This document shows positions 47,400 through 57,600 of a stretch of DNA of 64,000 bases, in pieces. The DNA lies in the NCBI RefSeq assembly GCF_004010195.1, contig NC_057757.1, positions 9,170,815 to 9,234,814 of the forward strand, in the 5' to 3' direction. The notes beneath the pieces are model-generated. The model was not told the origin of the DNA. It was given only the letters and a program-made list of their open reading frames with translations, and did no database searches. Origin of the DNA: Chiloscyllium plagiosum. Its lineage: Eukaryota. The translations under genes and the position numbers were made by a program. Position 1 is the stretch's first letter; every line of letters begins with the position of its first letter.

Positions 47400-50300
47400 G
47401 CAATAGAGCCATAGAGCATGGAAAAACATCTTTTGGGCCAATTCATCCATGCCAACCAGATATCCTAAATTAATCTAGTCCCATTTCCCAGCACTTGGCC
47501 CATATCCCTCTGAACCCTTTCTGTTCATATAACCATCCAGCTGTCTTTTAAATGCTGTAACTGTACAAGCGTCCACCACTTCCTCTGGCAGCACGTTCCA
47601 TACACACACCACCATCTGTGTGAAAAAGTTGCCCTTTAGGTCCCTTCCAAATCTTTTGCCTCTCACCCTAAACTTCTGCCTTCTAGTTCTGGACTCTCCC
47701 AACTCAGGAAAAAGACCTTGTCTATCCACACTCCTCATGATTTTATAAACCTCAATAAGGTCACCTTCTGCCTCCGACGCTCCAGGGAAAACAGCCCCAG
47801 CCTATTCAGCCTCTCCCTTTGGCTCAAACCCTCCAACCCTGGCAACATCCTTGTAAACCTTTTCTGAACCCTTTCAAGTTTGACAACATCTTTCCGATAG
47901 CAGCGAGACCAGAATTGCACGCAACATTCGAAAAGTGGCCTGACCAACATCCCGTAAAGCTGCAACAAGATTTCTCAACTGCTATACTCAGTGCTCTGAT
48001 CAATAAAGGAAAGCATACCAACACCTTCTTCACTATCCTACCTATCTGCGACTCCACTTTCAAGGAGCTATAAATCCACACTTCAAGGTGTCTTTGTTCA
48101 GCAACACTCTCCAGGACCTTACCATGAAGTGTATAAGTCCTGTCTTTCCAATATGCAGCACCTCGCATTTATCTAAACTAAACTCCATCTGCTACTCCTC
48201 GGCATATTGGCCCATCTGATCAAGTTCTTATTTTACTCTAACCTTCTTCACTATCCACGACATCTCCAATTTTGCTGTTATCTGCAAACTTGTGAACTAT
48301 ACCTCCTATGAAAAGTCATTTATATAAATAACGAAAAGTAGTGGACCCAGCAGCGATCCTTGTAACTCACCATTGGGCACAGGCCAGGTATGAAAAACAG
48401 CCCTCCACCACCACCTTTGAGCAAGTTCTGTATCCAAATGATTAGTTCTCCCTGTATTCCATGTGATCTAACCTTGCTAACCAGACTCCCATGGGGAACC
48501 TTGTTGAACCTTTCTAAAGTCCATATAGATCACATCCATCGCTCTGCCCTCATCACACCTCTTTGTTACTTCTTCCAAAAACGCAATCAAGTTAGTGAGG
48601 TATGATTTCCCACACACAAAGCCATGTTGACTATTCCAAATCAGTCCTTGCCTTTCCAAACACATGTACATCCTGTCCTTTAGGAGTCCCTCCCACAATT
48701 TGCCCACCACAGATATCAGGCTCACTGGTCTATAGTTCCCTGGCTTGCCCTTAACACCTTTCTTAAACAGTGATACCACATTAGCTAACCTCCACCTCAC
48801 CTGTGCCTATTGATGATCCAAATATCTCAGCAAGGGGCCCAGCAAACACTTCCATTGCTTCCCACAGGGTAAAACTGATTAGGTCCTGGGGATTTATCCA
48901 CTTTTATGCATTTTAAGGCATCCATCTCACACACACCCCTGTAATATGGACATTCTTCAAGATGTCACCATCTATTGCCCCACATTCTGTATTTTCCACA
49001 GTAAACACTAATGCAAAATACTCATTTAGTATCTCCCCAGTCTCCTGCAGTCACATGCATATTCCGCCTTGCTGATCTTTGAATGGTCTTATTCTCTCCC
49101 TAGTTACCCTGTTGTCCTTAGTGTTTTTGGAAACTGCCTTTGGATTCTCCTTAATTCTATTTGCCAAAGCTATCTCATGTCCCCCTTTCGCCTTCTTGAT
49201 TTCCCCCTTAAGTATACTACCATTACCTTTATACTCTTCGAAGGATTCACTCGGTGTCTGCTGTCTAACCCTGACATATGCTTCCTTCTTTTTCTTAACT
49301 GACACCTCAATTTTTCTAGTCATCCAGCATTCCCTGCACCTACCAGCCTTGCCTTCCACCCTAACAGAAACACTCTGTCTTTGGACTCTCGTTATCTGAT
49401 TTCTGAAGGCTTCCCATTTTCCAACTGTCCCTTTACCTGCGAACATCTGCCTCCAATCAATTTGTGAAAGCTCTTGCCTAATACTGTCAAAATTGGCCTT
49501 CCTCCAAATTATATCTTCAACTTTTGGATTGGTCTATTCTTTTCCATCACTGTTTTAAAATTTACAGAATTATGGTCACTGGCCCCAAAGTGCTCCCCCA
49601 TTGACACCTCAGTCACCTCAGTCGCCTTATTTCCCAACAGTAGGTCAAGTTTTGCACCTTCTCTCGTAGGTACATCCACATACTGAATCAGAACATTTCC
49701 TTGTAACACTTAATAAATTCCTCTCCATCTAAACCATTAACAATATGGCAGTCCCAGTCTGTGTTTGGAAAGTTAAAATCCCCCACCATAATGACCCTAT
49801 TGTTCTTACAGATCTCTGAGATCTCCTTACAAATTTGTTTCTCAATTTCCCGTTGACTATTGGGGGGTCTATAATACAATCCCAATAGGTCATCATCTCT
49901 TTTATATTTCTTCGTTCCACCCAAATAACTTCCCTGGATGTATTCCCAGGATTATCTTACCCAAGTACAGCTGTAATGCTATCCCTTACCAAAAACACGA
50001 CTACTCCTCCTCTCTTGCACCCCCCCACTTTTTATCCTTCCTGTAGCATTTGTATCCTGGAACATTAAGCTGCCAGTCCTGTCCATCCCTGAGCCATGTT
50101 TCTGTAATTGCTATGACATCCCAGTCCCATATTTCTAACCATGCCCTGAGTTTATCTGCCTTCCCTGCTCGGCTTCTTGCATTGAAATAAATGCAGTTTT
50201 ATTTATCAGTCCTACCTTGTTCTCTGCTTTGTCCCTGCCTGTCCTGACTGTTTGACTCGCTTCTTTTTTCAACTGTACCAGTCTCAGATTGATCTCTTTC

Positions 50301-50600
50301 CTCACTATCTCCCTGGGTCCCACCCCTTCACCTTATTGTTTAAATCCTCCTGAGCAGCTCCCTGCCAATATATTAGTCCCCTTCCACTTCAGGTGCAATC
50401 CATCCTTCTTGTACAGGTCATTTCTTCCCTAAAAGAGATTCCAATGATGCAAATATGTGAACCCTTCTCCCCTGCACCAGCTCCTCAGCCACACATTCAT
50501 TCTATCCTACTGAGCACCAGGTGTAATCCAGATATTACTACCCTCGAGGACCTCCTTTTTAAATTCCTGCCTAACTTCCTATGTTCTCCCTTCAGAATCC
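47400..50600 (-). mobile_element. Near full-length degraded CR1/HER1 LINE (ORF2 EN-RT plus ORF1 end)
   Basis: EN motifs GLYYRPP, MVGDFNFP, LDLLLGN, SDHNSV; RT PGNYRPVSL, QHGF, DVIYMDF; 3' tail at 47400-47500. Confidence 0.95.
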
Positions 50601-50866
50601 CATCCTACCACCTATTCACTCATCTATTCACAATCATTCGAAGGCTGAGCCTATAAACTTACCATCTGATATCTAGGAGGAGAAAGTGAGGTCTCCTACT
50701 GAGCACCAGGTGTAATCCAGATATTACTACCCTCGAGGACCTCCTTTTTAAATTCCTGCCTAACTTCCTATGTTCTCCCTTCTGAATCCCATCCTACCAC
50801 CTATTCACTCATCTATTCACAATCATTCGAAGGCTGAGCCTATAAACTTACAATCTGATATCTAGG
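50505..50866. repeat. 173-bp direct duplication flanking an 18-nt Penelope-like terminus
   Basis: 50505-50677 and 50694-50866 differ at 2 positions; spacer GAGGAGAAAGTGAGGTCT equals the reverse complement of 58797-58814. Confidence 0.9.
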
Positions 50867-52207
50867 GCCATACAGAGGAGAGGTATCTGTCTTCTAACTC
50901 TGTTCCACCATTGCTACCTGATGGAGACTGCACTGCACATTTGTTGGAAATCTGGGATTGGGAATTGCCAAACGAAATGTTCAGTGATGTCGGCTTTGCA
51001 GGAGGTTGAGCGCGGCAGTAAACCACTTATCTGCAGAGTTGCTTGAAAGATTCAGGACCACATTTCTTGTCGTCTGAAATCTGCCCATGCTCTTCGTCGT
51101 TACATTCACTGGACCAGCACTAACTGCATCAGTCCTTTTATTAGCGCATTCTAACCTCTTGCTGAAGCAGAGCACAAACACAAAATATTCAGTAATAGGA
51201 AGCAAAGAGCAGCCACAGGACAGTGGTCCATAAGTGAGGGGGCTTAACTTGCCCCACAAGGTGATATTAGATTAGACAATTAATACCGGTCACTAAAAGT
51301 GACTTTTCACTCAGAATTCCTGCTGCTGTCTCAAAAAGACTTGGAAGTTGGTGCCTCACTTGTGAGCTCAGTCAGTACTTTAATTAACGTGGTACCACAG
51401 TCATCTGGGATATAAAAATCTGATCTAACAGCCCATTGGGCATTCTCAGTGAGTGCAGAAATACAGCAGCCAGAGTTCCTGAGTAAACCTGGTGAAATGA
51501 ATCTAGAAATTTCCAACAATCCACATATGTGTGAGTCTTTGCTCTGGGAATATTTCTCAAAATTCCCACAGCTAAAATAAATATAGGCTCAATTTTTTAA
51601 AAAAAAGCAGAAATTGCTGGTATTAGAATGAGGAAATGAGCTCCAAAACTGAAAAAAAAACCTGAAAAAAAGGAGCAGCTCTCACAGCTACAATATTTTC
51701 CCATCCTCCATCTTGGATTACCCAGAATCCTCTGATGTTCTTCATTTAAATGATACCTTTTTTCATATTTTCTGCCGACTTCACATTTTCTCATGATACT
51801 TCATACACGATTTCTTCTGGTCACTCAGCCTGCCTATACCTACCTGCAAATTGCTGATGGCTTCTTCACAAGATATTTGCGTACCCAACTTGGTGTCTGC
51901 AAATTTAGCTGCTATGCCTTATCTCCATTCATCCAAATCAAACCGTTCTGGACAGACAATTTCGTTTTCACTTCCACCCAGTGCGGAATAATTCGTACTG
52001 AAACAGGAATTTTAAATCTTTCAGAAACAGCCAAACTCAATCAAATATCACATTGATCAATTGTGGTCTCTGACAAATAATTAGCCATAATATTTCTAAT
52101 TCGACAAGTCAAAATGACAATTGCAGGCAAACACCATTTTGTTGATTATTTGTGTACCCCCTGTATTTTGAGGCTAAAATAGCTATACTGTTCTCTCTAT
52201 CCTGTAT

Positions 52208-52653
52208 AGCTCAGTGGTTGGCACTGCTGTCTCATAGCACCAGGGATCCTGGTTTGATCCCCACCTTGGGCAACTGTCTATGCAGTTTAATTTATCAGTC
52301 CTGCTTTGTTCCTGCCTGTCTTGACTGTTCGACTCACTTCTTTTCCCAAGTGCACCAGTCTCAGATTGATCTCTTTCCTCACCATCTCCCTGGGTCCCAC
52401 CTTACGAGTTTGCACATTGTCTCCGTATCTGTGTGGGTTCCCTCCAGATGCTCCAGTTTCTTCCCACAATCCAAAGATGTGCAGGTTAGCGTGAACTGGC
52501 CATGCTAAGTTGCCCATAGTTTCCAGGGATGTGTAGGTTGGGTGCATTAGTCAGGGATATATATCTGGTAGGGGTAATGGGTCTGGAGTGGGTTCAGAGG
52601 GTTTGTGTGGACTTATTGGGATGAAGGGCCTGTTTGCACACAATAGGGATTCT
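52208..52653 (+). mobile_element. V-SINE containing an internal CR1 segment (~52280-52402)
   Basis: Insert matches 50191-50323 (CCAGTCTCAGATTGATCTCTTTCCTCAC.ATCTCCCTGGGTCCCACC). Confidence 0.8.
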
Positions 52654-54688
52654 GTGGATTCTGTGAATTTAATAGGAATCAAGTAAAAAGCCTTCACTTC
52701 CCTGTAAACCAATACTGTGACATTTAAGAATTGCTCTTCTTACAAACATTCCTGAGAGATGGGAACTTAAAATAGCTACAGAAAAGCAATCTAGTCTTTG
52801 CATTTGCCTACAATACACTGCACCCCAGGGGCTGGAACAGAGCAAGTGGGAAGTGTATTGTGAATGGTATGGAGATGCAGAGGGAGGCTATTACATGCAC
52901 TGGGTGCGTAATTGAGGAGCTACTGAGGGGACAGTTCAGGCAAGTTGATGCTACACAGGAGAGGTCAATTATACAGGGGCTATGGAGGGAGAGATGCGAC
53001 ATTCGAAAGACTGCAGATTTTGAGGAGGGAGGATGCAGAATTGGTGGGTTTCCAGTTTCAGGACTGAAAGACAGAAACAGGGAAGAAAGAAAGGAGGAGG
53101 AAAGAAAACGAAGGGAGAAAGTGAGAGAAGAAGAAGAAGAGAAAGGGGGAGAGTGGAAAAGAGCTTACACAAAGGTAGAAAGAAGAGGCAAGAGAGAGAA
53201 ATATAAAAGAAGAGGCAGTCGGTAAGAAAGAGAGAGCAAGTTTGACAAAGAGAGAGACAGACAGAATGAGAGAGAAACAGATTGAAAATGAGAGACAGAG
53301 GGAAAAGCATAATAATCAGGTAAATACAAGCAGGAGTCAAGGAAGAAATGGCGAGATTAGAGAGGTAATACCCACCATTCTGATTGTTCCTAGCTCTCTG
53401 TCTCTCTCACTCCCTTTCTCTCATTAGGGACAGACCGTCCTATAGAAACTTGCATTAGCAGGGGTGGTTCACGGAGGGGATGAGATTAAAGGATCAAAAC
53501 AGGTATTGAGATTCAAACACTACTCATAGAACCTCACACAGAGACAGACAGAAACGCACAGATACTCACAGATGAGGAAGGGTCATCAGATCCGAAAAAT
53601 TAACTCCTGTTTCTTTGCTTGTGTGCTGTCTCGATCTCTTTGTGTTTGCGTCCAGTGTGTCTTAACACTACAGTATGTGTCTATGTTTGTGTGTAACTCA
53701 ATGTCTGTATCTCTGTGCAATGGGGTCCCTGTTGTTGTCGGGGTGAATCCTTTGAAAACGGGGTCAAACCCCTCTCTGTCTGTCCCTCTGTGTTTAAGGT
53801 GATAATGTTGATGCTCATGTTTACGCGGGTCTCTGTGTTCATGTGTTGGTGTCTGTGTCTGTGTCCATCTCTCAGCAATGGGAATCACTCTGTCCAGATG
53901 GAAGTTTGAAAGGATGAGTCAAAGTCAGAGTCTCTCTCACTCTTTCTCTCTTTGTCCCTCTTGCATTTAAAGTGATGCAGTGATACTCTCTGCTGGATTC
54001 CGCACATCACTGCACAGGCAGAAGATTGCTTTCCAAAAAACCATCGAAGTCTGTGAATCTCACACATTTTACCAATGTTTTGTTCTTGAAAGAATGTCTT
54101 TGGAGGCGAGATAGTTTTGCCTGATCGCTTGCAGTTTTGTCCCTGAGATTTGAGGAGAAGGAGATGAGCATACCCAGTGTGTTTCTTANNNNNNNNNNNN
54201 NNNNNNNNNNNNNNNNNNNNNNNNNNNNNNNNNNNNNNNNNNNNNNNNNNNNNNNNNNNNNNNNNNNNNNNNNNNNNNNNNNNNNNNNNNNNNNNNNNNN
54301 NNNNNNNNNNNNNNNNNNNNNNNNNNNNNNNNNNNNNNNNNNNNNNNNNNNNNNNNNNNNNNNNNNNNNNNNNNNNNNNNNNNNNNNNNNNNNNNNNNNN
54401 NNNNNNNNNNNNNNNNNNNNNNNNNNNNNNNNNNNNNNNNNNNNNNNNNNNNNNNNNNNNNNNNNNNNNNNNNNNNNNNNNNNNNNNNNNNNNNNNNNNN
54501 NNNNNNNNNNNNNNNNNNNNNNNNNNNNNNNNNNNNNNNNNNNNNNNNNNNNNNNNNNNNNNNNNNNNNNNNNNNNNNNNNNNNNNNNNNNNNNNNNNNN
54601 NNNNNNNNNNNNNNNNNNNNNNNNNNNNNNNNNNNNNNNNNNNNNNNNNNNNNNNNNNNNNNNNNNNNNNNNNNNNNNNNNNNNNNNN

Positions 54689-57600
54689 ACTGGCATCGAT
54701 AGCCACCTTGAAAGGCTTTGTGTAATCCAGTGTGGCTAATACTGGGGAACTGGTTAACACAGTTTTTAGGCTGTTAAGTGCCTCTTGACAGTCCATTGTC
54801 CACTGAAACTTCTGTCCTTTTTTTTTAACAATTCGGTGATTGGAGCAGCCACACTGCTAAAGTTCGGTACAAACTTTCGGTAAGATCCACTCGACCCCAG
54901 AACCGTAGTACTGCTTTTTTTTCATCAAAATTCTCCAATTACTTTCATTTTTGCATCTCCTGGGGCTATTTGTCCATGTCCAATCTCATGGCCCAGGAAG
55001 GTGACTTGGGTTTTGGCCAGGTTTCCCACCAAGCCTGCCTTCCGAAGTCAATCGAACAAGTCCGATAAATCCTGTAAATGTACCTTCCACGAGTGACTTG
55101 AAATCACCAGGTCATCAATATATACCACACAGTTGAGTAATCTGGCAATGACCTTATTGGTCAGTCTCTGAAATGTGGCTGGAGTACTTTTCATTCCAAA
55201 TGACATGACTTTGAACTGATATAGTCCATTTGGCGTGACGAAAGCCAAAATTACCTGTGCTCTCTCTGACAGAGGTACTTGCCTCTGAGCAAGTCCAATT
55301 TAGTAAGTTGCTTGTCCCACTTTTTTGACACAGTCCTCCAATCATAGAATTGGATATGCATCAGTCTTTGTAACGGCACTGACTTTGCGAGAGCCCACAC
55401 ATAACCATTGGATACCATCTAGTTTTGGCACCATGACTATGAGTGAGCTCCAGTCACTGTAACACACTTTGATTATGTCATCTTGGAGCATGCGCTCTAT
55501 CTCCTTCTGAACTTGTGCCAACTTTAGAGGGTTTTGCCTATAAGGATGTTGCTTAATTGGAACAGCGTCGCCTGTATCTACATCATGCACAATTAGGTTA
55601 GTACTTCCCAGTTTGTTTCCACACATCTCCCCACGTGATGGTAATAACTCTTTCAGGTCATTTCAATTTTCTTGTGGTAATTCAATAATTTATCCCAATT
55701 TTTGACAACTTCCTCATTGTCCAATTTGTTTTGAGGAACGTCCAATTCAGAATCCTCTGAACTTGGTTCTTCACTCTGTGCTGTAATGATGAACACCGTA
55801 TCCTCTTGCTTTCCTTCCTTGTCAAAATACCTTTTGAGCATATTCACATGACACACTCTGTGAGATTTCTTCCTGTCGGGAGTCCTTATCAAGTAGTTCA
55901 TCTCACTCAATTTTCTCTCGATTTGATAAGGTTCACGAAACCTTGCTTTTCAAAGCTCACCTATTACTAGAAGTAACACCCATACCTTATCCCCAATTGA
56001 AAAATTGCAAATTTCTTATCCGCTGCTTGTTTCATTTAATGCTATGATACTTTTAAATGCTGTCCAGCTCTATTTAATCATTCTCTAAAATTTGACACAT
56101 AGTCCAAATGGGTGGTCTCCGAATTCTGACTTATTAATTTCTCCTCAATCATTTTTAATGGTCCTTGAACTTCATGCCCAAAAATTAATTCAAATGGACT
56201 GAATTTGGTCAATTCATTTGGTGCATGTCTGATCGCCAGAAGTACAAATGGAACTTCCTTATCCCAATCATCTGGATAATCCCGATCATAAGCCCTCAAT
56301 ATGGTCTTCAGTGCTTGCTGTTATCTTTCTAGCACTCCCTGATTCCGGATGGTACGCAGTAGATTTGAATTGCTTTATTCCCAGATTATCCATAACCTCC
56401 TTGAATAGTTTGGATGTGAAGTTTGATCCTTGATCTGATTGGTAGCCCGCATCTAGTAAAAAATTAAGTAATTCTTCCACAACCCTTTTAGTTGTGATAT
56501 GGCGTAATGGGATTGCTTTTGGAAATCTAGTCGACACATCCGTTATTGTTTATAAATACTTATTCCCATGTTTTGTTTGAGGTAGGGGACCTATGCAATC
56601 AATAAAGACTCTTGTGAAAGGTTCCTCAAATGCTGGAATAGGTACTAAAGGTGCAGGTTTTATTACTACCTGTGTTTTTCCAATTAGCTGACATGTATGA
56701 AACATCTGGCAAAATTCAACTACACCTTTGTGTAGTCCAGGCCAGTAAAAATGTCTTTGTGCTTTAGCCTGTGTTTTCTTCACTCTGAAATGACCTCCAA
56801 GTGGTTGTTCATGCACCACTCGCAGCACCTACTGGAAAAACAATTTGATGAATCTCTGCCCATTTCTCATCTACTTGAGTGTGCAAATGTCGATTAGATT
56901 CCCTACAGTATGGAAACAGGCCTTCAGCCCAACAAGTCCACACCGACCCTCCAAAGAGTAACCCACCCAGACCCATTACCCTGCCTGATATTTACCCCTG
57001 AATAATGCACCTAACACTATGGGTAATTTAGCATGGCCAATCCACCCTAACCTGCACATCTTTGGATTGTGGGAGGAAACCGGAGCACCCGGAGGAAACC
57101 CATGCAGACACGGGGAGAATGTGCACACTCCACACAGACAGTCGCCCGAGGCGGGAATCGAACCTGGGTTCCTGGCGCTGTGAGGCAGCAGTGCTAACCA
57201 CTGCTTGATAAGGCATCATTTGTGTAGTAATAACACACAGGAATGCATTCACTTTCTCTCTTTGTAAATGCCTTTTGATATAACTGTTTTAACTCCTCAT
57301 CTTTCTGCTGTAATTCAATCAGCATAATAGAGCTAAAGATGCTTGCATGTTTACCTATTTGCTCCCTCTCTGTCCCACTTATCTGATCAAAGAAAGTTTT
57401 GGATAACACTTCATCAGCTTTGTTATCTGTGTGGTTTGATCTCTCCTGCTTCAACTTGTGCCTCTATGATCTTGTGATCACACACTCGGGGAAAATTCCT
57501 GGATAAACATCTGTCATGTCTTCAGCTGTCTGTGTCTCCACTAGCTTTTCAACTAGAGTAGGCAGCACACCTAGCGGTGAATCAGCGATATCATTTGCAA

